Positions 50,701-63,034 of a stretch of DNA of 64,000 nt are shown here, one piece after another. Every line of letters starts with the position of its first letter. Positions within the stretch are counted from its first letter, which is position 1. The stretch comes from Macrostomum lignano. Lineage: Eukaryota. Under the pieces are notes generated by a model, which worked only from the letters and a program-made list of their open reading frames with translations, was not told the DNA's origin and searched no databases. Where the stretch lies: the NCBI GenBank assembly GCA_002269645.1, contig NIVC01002225.1, forward strand, positions 1 to 64,000, read 5' to 3'. The translations under genes and the position numbers were made by a program.

Positions 50701-51721
50701 TGGATGAAAGGGAGAGTGGATGAGAGGGAGAGTGGATGAGAGGGAGAGTGGATGAGAGGGAGAGTGGATGAGAGGGAGAGTGGATGAAAGGGAGAGTGGA
50801 TGAGAGGGAGAGTGGATGAAAAGGAGAGTGGATGAGAGGGAGAGTGGATGAGAGGGAGAGTGGATGAGACGGAGAGTGGATGAAAGGGAGAGTGGATGAG
50901 AGGGAGAGTGGATGAGAGGGAGAGTGGATGAAAGGGAGAGTGGATGAGACGGAGAGTGGATGAAAGGGAGAGTGGATGAGAGGGAGAGTGGATGAGAGGG
51001 AGAGTGGATGAGAGTGAAGATAAAAGCGTGACAAGGGTGAAAGAGAAGATGGGGTAAAGCAGAGCTAGTGGAGCAAAAGTGCAATTGTGCAGTTCGTACA
51101 AATACTGTACACTGTAAGTGCACAGGAAAGAGGACAAATCTCAGATGGTGAGTTTTTGGCATTACAGTATCAAATCAATTAAGATGCAAAATTTAGAATC
51201 GAAAACCGTCAACCTAGAGCATTGACAGAGCGATTGACTTCATCAGCTCACTACGCCGCAAATGTGACAATAGTCACTCGTAAACATAATTTCCAGTTGT
51301 TTGGACTCATTTATTGCTACTATGCAAGCGAGCGCACGAGGTGAGAGCGTGTTAGCACTGTAGTTCGTGTATACTCGCTAAAGTTAACCGAGAAAATCTA
51401 TAGAGAAAATATAGAGAATAATTCCAACCAGAGCATATAGCAAACAAGCTCATCTAAGGCAGCAGTTCATCGGTCAATGCCTTACCTTTCTTCCTATTCT
51501 CTCTCTCTCTCCAAATGTCTGTCAGTTACGTTAAGAACACAAGCGTACGAGAACACTGTGCCTATTGTTAGTGGGTGTACATGCTGCAGTCCAGTCTAAG
51601 CTCGTGCCCTGCTGTACAGCAGGGGTTGGAAAACAGTTTCTCACCCCAAGGGCCAGATACGAGCGTGGTAGTCAAGAATCAATCCAGCTCATTGCTGCAG
51701 GCTAAATGAGAGCAAGAGGGA

Positions 51722-51770
<49 letters not shown>

Positions 51771-54349
51771 AATAGGAATGAGAGAAGACAGGAGAGGCGA
51801 GAGGAAGATAAGAGGAGAAATGAGATGAGAGATAAGGTGAGAGAAAAAATTAGAGGAGAGAAAGGAGATAAGAGGAGAGAAGAGAAAAGGGCTAAGAAAA
51901 CACACTGAGCAACATGTTAAATTTTCCACCCCAAAACCGGAGGTCAGCTTTTACTCAGATCTCAGCCCCAAGTGACGTCACTTTAACACGTTGCTGAGCG
52001 GGCCGGAGTTGCCGAACCCTATGCTGTAGATATACGAGTATTCCTATTTTTGACTATGGTCTGAAGTCATATGCATGGGAAAGACAAAAACAATTCTTGA
52101 GGCAGCTATGCATTCATCACGAGTATTTTTATAACTATAGCGACTGTAGTTAACTGTTGTTGAAGAAGGCTAGGCTATTCAAGAAACACACAATAGTTAA
52201 AAAAGGTACTCACGGGGACTCCAGGACAGGAGCTGCTGTATAGGACAGCTGTAGAGCGCTGTAAAGTTTTGAGTGTTGTGTGGAGATGTAAATAGTCGAC
52301 TGGACTTTTGGGTACATTATACTGAAATTATTATCTATGAGATTGAGACTCCTGTCTCACGAGACCAGGATTATAATCTACGAGACTGGGACTCTAAGCA
52401 GCAATCCAAGCGAAAAAAATTCAATGTGGCGCAAAGCATTCGGCTGCATCGTCTCACAACCAGCAAAGTGCTGACGGCAATTCCGCACATTTCGCCGACT
52501 GCTGAGCACATGCAAGCGCGCCAATCACACAGTGCACATCACACCTAAAGAGCTCACAGCATTGTCCAGACTAGTTGAAGATGCAGCAGCAGCAGCAGCA
52601 GCAGAGTCGCCATCAACACACGGTGACTTGGTTGAACATCTGGCCGAATGAAGTCGGACATTTTTGTCCGTTTTTGAGCCTGCAATACCGGACTTTCTCA
52701 GCCTGATGGGGAAGGGCAACGATTCGTGTGAACGGCTATTCTAAAAGAGCGCATGTTCTTTCTGTTCTATAATAATTCTAGCCTGTATATGTTCTATGAT
52801 CCTAGTCTATAGACGTGCTATGATCCTAGTCTATAGACGTGCTATGATCCTGGTCTATAGACGTTCTATGATCCTGGTCTATAGACGTGCTATGATCCTG
52901 GTCTATAGACGTGCTATGATTCTAGTCTATAGACGTGCTATGATCTTGGTCTATAGACGTGCTATGATCCTGGTCTATAGACGCTCTATGATCCTGGACG
53001 TTCTATGATCCTGGTCTATAGACGTTCTATGATCCTGGTCTATACACGTTCTATGATCCTGGTCTGTAGACGTTCTATGATCCTGGTCTATAGACGTTCT
53101 ATGATCCTGGTCTATGATCCTGGTCTATAGCTGTTCTATGATCCTGGTTTATAGACGTTCTATGATCCTGGTCTATAGACGTTCTATGATCCTGGTCTAT
53201 AGACGTTCTATGATCCTGGTCTATGATCCTGGTCTATAGCTGTTCTATGATCCTGGTTTATAGACGTTCTATGATCCTGGTCTATAGACGTTCTATGATC
53301 CTGGTCTATAGATGTCTTCTGAACCTGCTCAGCGAATAGTCCTTGCTTTAATTTAAATTTTTCACATTTTTCTGCTTCGATGCTAATCCACTCAAAAAAC
53401 TTACTTAATGCCCGCTGTGCTGACAATCACAACATCTTCCACAAACAGCTGCTTGTACTGGTCCTGAAATTTTAAGTGCAAAATCAAATTTTTATGGCAT
53501 GCGTGGATTGCATGCAATTTTGTTGTGTTGCGTGTTGAGTGCAAGAAATTGAGCAATCCTAATTAACATAAAATATTTAAATGTAATAATTATTATGCTC
53601 CAGTTCAGGTGACTTCGTGGTCACTAGTCATACATGGTTTCTAGAACACAAAATGCTAATCTCATGACCCAATTAAGAATGAATTCTCAATCTAGCATGA
53701 ACACTGGCTTTAATTGGTTTAAATCATAATATTTGCAAGAGGGCTATGAGGAAATTCTGTCCATTCTGTTGACTCCTGATCGCATAAAATTGCATGAATA
53801 CTGTATGCAGATATGCACTCATACACACCCTCACACAGTGGCATTGACTTTCAAATGATCAGGCATATATAAACTCTCTGTATCTTAGGAATTCGTTCTG
53901 AACTTAGACTACAAAGATTCAAAGAACCAGGTACATTCTGAGTGAAAAAATCAATAAACAAAATCAAGCAATTAGTTTTAGTAACTAAAAATGACTGCAA
54001 ACTTTGCATTAAATATGAAAAATCAACTTTACATATTCAACTTTGAACTTCAACTTACTCTAACTAGAATGCTGTCAGCTTCATGCAGGGCACATGGAAC
54101 TTGAGTACATTTTATATGCAGACGTGGCAGCCAAAAGAAGAGCAGTCGTAGCAGAAATAGTGTGCAACCATAGCCAATATAGGTGAGCACTGTTTTTACT
54201 GTGCTCTTCTTATAGCCAATTATTTTCTAAAACAGTAAGACAAAAATATAATAAGTTCAATTAAAATATAATAGCAAAAAATATATTTGTGCACTTACAG
54301 ACTCATCATCTTCTCCTTTATTAATTGTGTCCTCCAAGATGCTTATCAT
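32937..54349 (-). CDS. ATP13A: P5B-type ATPase (ATP13A2/3/4/5 family, polyamine-transporter class), 18 exons, ~1231 aa
   Basis: Exons 54349-54299, 54226-54059, 53463-53405, 52702-52545, 49022-48914, 48827-48686, 48587-48453, 47702-47636, 47560-47426, 46844-46326, 45822-45600, 45268-45067, 39007-38642, 37272-36925, 36360-35856, 34801-34713, 34224-33904, 33035-32937 assemble in phase (3696 nt). Motifs [33 protein letters not shown] (P5B signature), DKTGTLT, KGSPE, GDNILTA, GDGAND. Exons 4-5 are the least certain. Confidence 0.9.
33097..33770. repeat. 21-bp minisatellite (ATTTGATTATTCTAATAGAGG)n in the last ATPase intron
   Basis: Visible tandem units. Confidence 0.95.
34258..34625. repeat. Degenerate ~36-bp tandem repeat (tgaccttaaatgacctctgctacacctgactatggt)
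   Basis: Visible units; a related short copy lies at ~30680-30745. Confidence 0.8.
35005..35835. repeat. 30-bp minisatellite (AAAGCTTCCCATACGGAAACAATGATTCCA)n
   Basis: Visible tandem units in an ATPase intron. Confidence 0.95.
36480..36900. repeat. C-rich degenerate repeat (ccccatcccagat-type)
   Basis: Low-complexity intronic repeat. Confidence 0.8.
37305..38530. repeat. 31-bp minisatellite (CTACCTGCCTGTCTGATTCTACACTTGATTAC-type)
   Basis: Highly homogeneous tandem units differing mainly at TTC/TTG. Confidence 0.95.
39056..41530. repeat. 23/24-bp minisatellite (GTAGATTGGAGGCAGATTCTTAAG)n with higher-order structure
   Basis: Visible units; 118-bp and 519-bp periodicities of variant units. 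Confidence 0.95.
41969..44332 (+). CDS. Secreted fibrinogen-related domain protein (FReD) with a degenerate PAN/apple-like N-terminal domain, nested in ATPase intron 12; exons 41969-42271, 43701-43824, 43908-44332 (~283 aa)
   Basis: Signal-peptide-like [16 protein letters not shown] motifs [44 protein letters not shown] and [13 protein letters not shown]. Phase-consistent GT-AG introns. Confidence 0.88.
42383..43510. repeat. 28-bp minisatellite (GATGTTGAAATGCCAAGGCTCCAGAGGG)n in FReD intron 1
   Basis: Visible tandem units. Confidence 0.95.
44446..44762. repeat. (TGTC)n microsatellite
   Basis: Visible tetranucleotide repeat. Confidence 0.95.
45970..46285. repeat. Degenerate ~37-bp AT-rich tandem repeat
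   Basis: atgcctaatcagtataacaaatt recurs about nine times. Confidence 0.8.
47007..47410. mobile_element. hAT-like non-autonomous element (MITE) carrying a GA/CT-rich tract, in ATPase intron 9
   Basis: Ends TAGGGGTTGACATA and revcomp CAGGGGTCGGCAAA resemble hAT-Charlie TIRs. Internal ~90 bp is similar to 6150-6240 in the innexin 1 intron. No clear TSD. Confidence 0.5.
47760..48310. repeat. GA-rich low-complexity tract
   Basis: Nearly pure purine sequence in an ATPase intron. Confidence 0.9.
49170..51015. repeat. Compound purine-rich satellite (~28-bp gagggagggctgagatggggaggggcaa, then 16-bp gagtggatgagaggga)
   Basis: Visible tandem units in ATPase intron 4. Confidence 0.9.
51620..51932. mobile_element. 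hAT-like MITE with an internal (GA)n tract
   Basis: Starts CAGGGGTTGGAAAAC, ends TTTTCCACCCC (imperfect TIR). Confidence 0.4.
52790..53312. repeat. 24-bp minisatellite (GTTCTATGATCCTGGTCTATAGAC)n
   Basis: Visible tandem units in ATPase intron 3. Confidence 0.95.
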
Positions 54350-55033
54350 TTACAAAATAGTTTCTTTGAATTCTGCAGCATAATTTGAATTTTAGATGAA
54401 TATATTCTTAATCTTAAACAATTAAATGGAATAGAAAAATCTAGAATAAAAATATCAATAAAAAACAGAATATTGATATATATACCAAAAACAAAATCAT
54501 ATGGTTTTAATAGTATTTACCAATTGATACTATTATGACATCATATGATATAAAAAAGATAAGCCTAGATGTGTAGCATCTTTTTACAATTACTTTTTAT
54601 TATTTATTTACTAATTATAACAATATTTTAATTATGGTAAAATATGTTCTGCTATTTTACCTGTCTCATTAAATGATTATATCATTGTATTATTTTCTGT
54701 AATAATAGATTAAGTAAATTTAATAACAATTTCTGGGTGTTAAGTGTCTAAGATTTTATACTTAATACACAACTACAATTATGCGAAGTCAAAAGCTTTA
54801 AAACTACTGATATTTGATAACCAATTCTTGTTCTGTCACTTAGTACATGCAAATGAAGCCATAATAAAAATGCTTAGTCTCAAATCATCGAAAGTAAAAA
54901 GAGAAAGAATAAACTAAATGTATTACGAAAATTTCGACAAACAGAAGCCTAAAATTCCTGATCTATACATCTAAATCAGTAAATCTGGTCCAGCGTCACG
55001 TTAAAGATCAAGTAGTTTCAAGCGTCACGTTGC

Positions 55034-55247
55034 TGTTTTCAAATTATCGTGGTTAAGCATAAACTAATCTACTTTTACGTACTTAAACAATTTTATAGAC
55101 TAAAACTTTCAACTTTCACTATAAAAGTGATTTACATGAAAACATATTGTAGCAAAAATTATTATGTACTTTATCGATTCAATATCTATTCAAAAATATA
55201 TCTCTGACTGGGCACTGAACTTCAAGCCAGGCTCGTGATTTAGTCCA
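55034..55247. mobile_element. 214-bp TG...CA element (solo LTR-like), copy A, with 5-bp TSD GTTGC
   Basis: Begins TGTTTTCAAA and ends TAGTCCA. GTTGC at 55029-55033 and 55248-55252. About 97% identical to 60726-60940. Confidence 0.6.
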
Positions 55248-55273
55248 GTTGCGACGAATAAAGCGGAAGACTT

Positions 55274-55898
55274 TGTGTAGCGGATAATTGGGATTAATCT
55301 ACGATCCAGCAGATCAGCAGCCGATTTTATCCTTAGCGTGAATTTGCAGATTTAGTATATTTGGTTTGGTACTTAATTTGATGCGCCTAGCAAGGGCCGG
55401 TCAGGATTCAGTTGATTGGTGGGTGGGCTGAGGCAGGCGGTAGAGGGTTAAGGTGAAGAGGCCAGACAGCTAAGGGACCAGCAAGCTTAGAGCGAGAAGC
55501 GAAGCGACGAAGCAAATGGAGAGAGCGGCCGCTGACTGCAAGTGTATTTTTATAATTGGTGAGTAAACAAGATAACAACAAGCTTAATCCAAAAACCAGA
55601 CAAACCCCACTCAGGCGAAATGTACATGTACAAATTAATCGATAAATATATCATACAAGAATAACATACGTCAGTACATGTACATAGGTAGGACTACTTT
55701 ACGATAAATTATAACGATATGAATGAAATACAAATAATAGAATAAATACATAAGAGGCTACAAAAAACAAAGCAATTAACAGTAAAAAAAGCGCGATAAT
55801 AATACGTACAAATATTGTTAAAATAAATGAAAGAATACGGTATGCATATGAAAATAAAGAAATACGATACACGCGATTCTACGAATCACACTGTCACA
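55274..55898 (-). repeat. Putative 3' LTR of the Gypsy element (~625 bp)
   Basis: Starts TGTGACAG immediately after the PPT, contains TATAAAA (minus strand, ~55552) and ends CTACACA. No partner LTR in the window, so the end is inferred. Confidence 0.55.
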
Positions 55899-58800
55899 CC
55901 CGCCCCTCTACTAAAAAATACTGAAAAACGAAAAACAGAAAATACGAATATATCGAACAGCGATGAAGAATTATTAACAAAAAACTTATTTCGAAAATAC
56001 CGAACAAAATAATTTACATGCGAGTTCAATTACTGGTATTGTTGGCATCAGTTATTCGGATGAAAATATTGAAAAATACACAAAGCATTGGAACGAACAG
56101 GAATTAAAACAGATATTTGTCAAAGAAGTGCTTCTCGCATTTCAAAATATTGAACGATATTTGGTGCAACGAGTTAGAGCCGAATTAAAGTACTCACAAT
56201 GATTAATTATAGGAAATATCAAAGGTGTCGCAAACCAACTCAAAACACTACAAAGCAAATCACGAGACGCAAAACCGGCACAGGCACACCCTATGACTAA
56301 GAGAACACACCAAAGCGAGACGAAACAGGGCGCACCTAGCAACCTAGAAACACCAAGCAAACGGAGCACGAGAGAAACGGGAAAAGAATTCGAGCAAGCC
56401 CGGAGGCGAGCTCAGGTCCGCGCACAAACACGAACCCAGCCGGGGACCGATCAAAAACGACCGCAAAGGGCACGCCGATCAACGGCGCCGGAACCGACCT
56501 CGGAACCAGACGAACAGAGACCCTATGGTGCTCTGCACAGCCACACAGGCTTGACAACGGCGGCAGAAAACGCGCTAAAGACCGACAAGCGCTACTTAAG
56601 TACAGACGACACGCGATTGAATGACGATGCAAATTAACTAAACTCTAGGGCCGTAAACTACATGTATGAACTGATGATGTATGAACTCTGTACTTTGTTA
56701 TCTTGGAACAACCCTGTTTATTTTATTTTTTGTGACAATTATATTAGTTTTTATGCGTTTTTAAAGGAATATTTTCTGAATATTAATTTTACCCGGTCCG
56801 AGCGAGTTGCGATCGATTTTTATTAATTAAATAGCTGTGCTAGAAAATTTCGAAAACGTGCCGGTTTGGTAACAATCCTTCCGGATCTAGTCGTCTGTGT
56901 CGATTGAGGCAAGGAAATGGCGTCAATCTGTTCTTGTGGAGCGACAGCTTCCATCGTGGTCTCACTGTCAGGATCCTCGATGGCTTCTACCGGCATACCG
57001 GCTTCCCCCTAACGGGACTGTCTTCAGCCGGAGCTTGCTCCTCGGTGACATCTTCTGCCGCCTCCTCCAACAGATCGCCATTTTCATCGAACACAGCTCT
57101 GCCACTCTGTTTACCGTTCGAAACCTCGTGCGGATCACCTTCATCGATTACTCCCGCCTCTCCTTCCAAGGGCTCCATCGGCGGGGGTGGCACTGCAACT
57201 GGCAGGTCGGGAGTGGCAACTGTGGTAACCTGCTGGGACTCATCCACAAGCGCTGATGACGCACTTTCTGATACCTGGAGCGGTTGAGTCGCAGCACTTT
57301 GATTGGAACCGTTGATGGAGCACGAAGACAACCAGGTAGACTGGTCGTCTCCTCGCAAGCCTACTCTTGACGACGGCATTCTGGCTGGCATGCGAGTCCC
57401 GTACCTGTCCACAACATCTTCATAAGTCTGTTTGCGCACACAGCGCTTCATCCGATCGACATTGTACACATTGTGAGACGGGTTGGGAATGCGCTCCAAA
57501 GGATTTATTCTAGCGAATTCTGGAATGAGTCTGTAATTCCTCTCCGAAATCTTTTGCACCACCTTGTATGGTCCAAACCAGACAGCACTGTCGAGGCCAC
57601 GATGGTCGGCGTTGAGGACCCATACAAGATCGCCTATCTCGAAGTTAGAGTTCAGCGCGCTGCGGTCATAGTAGCGCTTTTGGCGCTCTTGGGCCTTTCC
57701 ACGGGCATGGCGCGCAGCCGCTGATACCTCCACGAGCGTCTGGTGCAGATAATGTGCATACAGTTCAGGTCTGTACCTATCTTGAACTGGTGGATTATGA
57801 ACGAGATCCAGTGGCAGATTTAGCTCGTGTCCAAAGAAGATCTTTGCGGGAGAAAATCCAGTGGATTCGGCGACTGTTGCCCGAATCGAGAGAGCTGCTA
57901 GCCGGGCTGCAAGAGGCCAATCGAACTGCCGATCCAAGCAAATAGCACGAATCTGACCTTTAACTGTCTGTATCATTCGCTCAACCTTCCCGTTCGCTTG
58001 TGGACGTCGTGCTGTGACACGCGCCATGTCCACCTCGAGAAGTCGAGTGAGCTCAGATACGGTGCTGTTGACAAAGGCTGTACCGTTGTCCGAGACTATC
58101 TGTTCCATGCACCCGTATCTCGCGATCCATTCGGTCAGGATATTGACTGCAGTCGTTTACGCTGAGACATCGGCTACGGGAATGACCTCTACAAAACCCG
58201 AAAATCGGTCAACCATCACGAGCAAGTACCTATATCCTGCTTGCTCGGGAAACGGACCAGCGTGATCAACGTGGACCACCTGGCCCGGGTAGCCCGAGAG
58301 TTCGGGCTGCAGCGGGGCTTTATGCTTCAGTTTTGACTTTTTTGTTCTGGCGCAGACGTCACACTCAGCTATGATTCCCTTGACATAAGTTTCTAGGTCG
58401 GCGATGGCGAAACGAGATCGAATAGCTGTCAGGGTTTTTGTGATGCCGCAGTGATTGAGCTGTCGGTGGTATTTTGACACCAACTCGACAACATCTGCGG
58501 TCTCTGGAATCACTAACAGCTTATTGACTGATTTTTTGTTCTTTTTCGGCTTAAGGTGATATAAGAGCCCATTTTCGACTTTCAGTTCATCGAACAGCGA
58601 CCACAAGATTCTAACTTCACGACTGCAACTCTGCAGGCTAGCCTTAGGAGGCTTTTCTGTACGGCCCTGCACGCAATCGATCAGCTGAGCGATGTCAACG
58701 CAAGTCTCTTGTGATTCACGTGCCCATTCTAGTTCCGGGTCAACTGACTCGACTGAGGATTCGCTGGATGCCGATTGTTCGACTTCAGCTACCCTGACTG

Positions 58801-60725
58801 CTAGTCGAGACGTTTCGATTGGCATTGTCGCTTCGACAGCGGCCTCTGTGACCGGAACTGTAGTGAAAAATGTGCACTGTGTTGATGTGTTGCTTGTGAA
58901 TTTCTCGGTTTGACAGGCTGATGTTACTACTGTTTCGATATTGTGACAGCTCGTGACAGGCGAGTCTGTCTGGCAACATACGTCCGCTACAGAGCATTGC
59001 ACTGCGGCGTCAACTTGTTGCCTTCTGATGTTAACTGATGCTGACTTTTTAGCTTTCTCGCTTTTAAATTTCTCTTGAAATTCAGGTACCATGCTGCATG
59101 ACGGACAGTCGAAGTGATCGGCACGAAAGCGAGGATTTCGGCTCAGCATATCTGCCGCCACATGGTCTTTCCCTGGCCGGTACTGGACCTCAAAGTCGTA
59201 TTCTCCGACTCTTTCAAGAGCTGACTGTTCGATCTTGAATTCGTACAAATCTATGGTCGCGAGCCACTGCGCGAGCATGCCTGTGGCATGTTTCTTAGAA
59301 TGAAGCCACTGCAGGGCTGCGGCATCCACTCTGACTGTGAAAGGTCGATCTAACAGATACGTACGAAAGTGTTCTAGCATGAGTACTAACCCTAGTAACT
59401 CGCGCATGGTTGCACAATAGTTCGACTGACTCTGTGAAAATTTCTTAGATGCGTACGCAACGACTTGTTCTGACCCATCTGGGCCAATCTGAGATAGCAC
59501 GCCGCCAACTCCTTCAAGTGAACTGTCGCAGTCGAGCACGAACCCACGACTGTCGGGAGACAAGTCCGGATACGCTAATACCGGTGGGTTGCACAAACAG
59601 CGCTTGAGTTCTTGGAATGCGCGTTCGTGGCGTTCTAACCACACGAACTTTTCCGAACCTTTAGCCAGCGCGTACAGCGGCGTGGCAATAACTGAGAATC
59701 GTTGTACGAATTTCCTATAATAGTTGGCAAAGCCAAGAAACGCCATTAACTGTTTCTTGTCTTTCGGTCTACACCACTCTTGGACCGCTCGAGTCTTGGC
59801 TGGGTCGGCTTCGATACCGTTAGACGAGACTATGAACCCTAAGAACTTAACTCTGTCTTTAAATAGCTCACACTTCGCAGGTTTAATCTTCAGATTGGCC
59901 TTGCGAAGTTGCCAAAGCACCAGCGCTAGGTGCGCGATTATTTGGTCATTATTCTGTGCTTTTATTATTATATCATCGAGGTAAATTAGGCTAACTTTCA
60001 TAAGCAATGGTTGAAATACCTTGTGCATTAATTTAGCGAAATTCGCTGGGGCTGTTTTGATTCCGAATGGTATTACTTTCCAACGAAACGTGCCCTGTGG
60101 ACAAGAGAAAGCTGTAAAATCTCTGTCTTCTTCTTTGATTCCCACCTGCCAATAGGCAGAGGTTAAATCAAGGCTGCTGAACACCGAAGAACCAGCCAGG
60201 CTGTCAAACGACTCTTCAATTAATGGCAATGGAAAACTACACGGTCTAATTAACTTGTTTACAGCTCGGTAGTCAATACATAGTCTCTGAGACCCATCTT
60301 TCTTCTTAACTAACACTATCGGTGATACCCAGTCTGAATCACACTCTTCAATTACATCCTGCTTAAGCAATAGACTAATATGTTGATCTAAAAACTCCTT
60401 TTGAGCTGGAGTTGTTCTCCTCGAAGCGAGCAGAACCGGACGACTGTCCTTGTCAATCAGATCGATTGACATTTCATGTAGCTTTGTTCGACCGAGATCA
60501 CTATCATCCTGCGAGATCTGGCTTAAAAAGTAATTAAGCATGCGCAAAGTTAGGGATAATTGATTTGGAGTCAGACTGGACTGGTCGAGTCGGAACTGTT
60601 TCACAAGCCATTCTGCTGTACCTTTTTCTGGTGGTGGTAATCTTGAAAGCTTACTATTGAGGAGATTGCAGTTGTCTATGGAAAAATCCTTCTCAGACAG
60701 AGCAGTTGGTACTACAACTTCTCCA
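55274..60725 (-). mobile_element. pol: Ty3/Gypsy LTR retrotransposon, 5'-truncated (no gag, protease or 5' LTR); pol RT-RNaseH-IN with one in-frame stop; 3' LTR ~55898-55274
   Basis: RT YLDD, RNase H DCDSSLEGVGGVL, integrase HHCC and D..D(NG)..E motifs in RT-RH-IN order. TAA at 58159-58157 separates the in-frame ORFs 58157-60604 and 56987-58108. PPT AGTAGAGGGGCGGG at 55912-55899 precedes TGTGAC. Confidence 0.9.
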
Positions 60726-60940
60726 TGTTTTCAAATTATCGTGGTTAAGGATAAACTAATCAACTTTTACGTACTTAAACAATTTTATAGACTAAAACTT
60801 TCAACTTTCACTATAAAAGTGATTTACATAAAAAACATATTGTAGCAAAAATTATTATGTACTTTATCGATTCAATATCTATTCAAAAATATATCTCTGA
60901 CTGGGCACTGAACTTAAAGCCAGGCTCGTGATTTAGTCCA
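60726..60940. mobile_element. 214-bp TG...CA element, copy B, at the Gypsy pol truncation point
   Basis: Direct repeat of 55034-55247 with roughly five differences. Flanks (CTCCA / GTACA) do not form a TSD. Confidence 0.6.
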
Positions 60941-62987
60941 GTACAACTGCAAAATTAGTTGTTCGTGAATGCACTGGTTTTAAGGTCTATGCTTATAAGT
61001 GTCAGTCCTATCATTATAAACTTAAACATGTTTTGCGTGAAAAACTTAGCAATTTTTCCGCTTACGTTCAGCTCGCCAATGCCATGGCATCGATCTCATC
61101 TGATCCTACGTATTTTTGTGCACAAAATTGTGCCAAAAAGTTCGGTTGTGTCCAACAGTACTTTTAGAAATCTTTAGTACATGTAGGCTTCACATGACGT
61201 ACTTACATGATGTGCATGCGCATACTCTATAAATTTATATGTAAAAATATACGTTTATGTGCTTAGATTGCGCTTAAATATATCCATATGCAGTTTAATA
61301 ACTTCTACGCAGTAAAGTGAGTTTATTATTTAAAAACAGAAAAAAAATTGATACATGGTACGACTTTGCGGTAAATTTAATTAAACTTATATAATTAGTC
61401 CTTGCGCCACCAATGCGGCAAGCATTGAAGCAGTATATACATTTACATGTACATGTAAAACGTACATTATATTTAATGAACCTGCATGAACAGAAAGTGC
61501 CATTAATTTAACCCTAAAATTTAAGCTGCAAGAAGAATATATACTGTCCAACTGAACTCATGCATGTAGATCAGTGACTGTTGAAAATGCTGAAATGCAT
61601 GCAACTATATGCATACGTATATCTTACTGTCGTACTTTTCTACAATGCTTTTCTATCTGCTTCAATGATTTGAAAAGCATTTCTTTCTCATTCCCTGCAT
61701 GGCTCTCCCCACACACAGCGTTAGATATTTCAATACAGCTTTTATAGAAATTGGCTTTTCCTAAAGCTAGTAGCAGCTTCGCGCAGTCATCTGCGGAGAC
61801 AAAAGTGTGCTCAAACAACAGAGAAAACAACACAGGACTATACAAAATTGTTATTTCTCATCTATATCTATGCAGTAAGCGACAATCGCCATAGCAACTC
61901 ATGTGTGCGCTCCGCCTGCAGGGAGCTGAGGTGGGTGCATGAATTTCGCCCGCGGTACTCGACTCGCATGTAGCTATTGCAGTTAATGCATTTATGCAGT
62001 TAATTGTTAAACCTCACCTGAGCACGAGGCGTGGCTTCCATTACTCGACTGAGAGAGCAATGTAAATTTTCTATCATATGCAATCTCTCAGCTCAGTATG
62101 ACGTAGCATGCAGCTCAGCGGGAGTCTGGCCCAGGCATATGTATAAGCTTCATCATTTTTAATAGGATTTTTATTGAGCTTGTCGTTTAAATGCGCCTGT
62201 GAAGAATTAGCCTGCTGCACACATTACACGGCACAATCACCCAGTTTACATTTAGCTGCGGATTGTAAAGGTAGGATTTCGATTGATTGTGAAGAGAATG
62301 ATGCTCTTGAGCAATGATTTTTTTTACCTAATTTCGTCTATGTCGAAACCTCATTAGCTCTATGTAGCCCACGAATGCAAGGAGCGGGGAGCGGAGAATA
62401 CAGACTAGATTCGCGGAGATTATGAGTACTCTCCGCTCCCTGTATTCGCGGGACACGTTTTGTCTATGGTAGAAGAAAGTGTTCAATAAATCTCACTCAG
62501 GTTCACGGCGTTAATTTTATTGTCTATGGCAGCGGAGGTTACTTAGTGAGAATCTCCGCTAGCAAAGCACTAGCGACATAGACAAGGCGTACAGGCAAAC
62601 TGGGATCCATATTTATTAACAACCGCTATCCAAGTCGGACGAAGTTTTTGCTCATGAAATGGACTGCTAATCTGTTATAAATTCAAAGCAGCACCGAGCT
62701 CCGCGTGTTTTCCTCGAAATAAGGAACCTCCTTGTCAACGTACATTTCTAACAACGCTTTTGGGTGAATCTCGAAACTTTGATATCTATACGCCATCAAT
62801 GGCTTCTACCGTTTGTCGAATTTATTTCTTTTTTCGACACCCGAATAGTTGTAGAAATTTCCTGAAATTACCGATATAGTTCCGCTTTAAAAACTTCATC
62901 AGGAAAACCTTTTTTCGATTCGAAAAGTTAGAAAGTTGATGATTCGGCCATGGACATATCAGCACGAAGAAGGATGACACCAGCAAC

Positions 62988-63034
<47 letters not shown>

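Noticed and set aside
49067-51162. Three 655-678 aa Pro/Ser/Leu/His-rich ORFs on the minus strand
   Set aside because: All three frames are open because the CT-rich strand cannot form stop codons; intronic satellite.
51486-51561. Candidate extra ATPase exon (CTAAC...TAG acceptor, GTAAGG donor)
   Set aside because: Contains an in-frame TAG in the required phase, and exons 4 and 5 join in phase without it.
55034-60940. Treating the 214-bp direct repeats as the Gypsy element's own LTR pair
   Set aside because: No PPT or PBS adjacent, copy A has its own TSD, and a PPT-TGTGAC junction marks a different LTR at 55898.
62690-62820. Minus-strand peptide VEAIDGVDIKVSRF resembling a Harbinger transposase GAIDG motif
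   Set aside because: Short, bounded by stops, and flanking motifs are in the wrong order.
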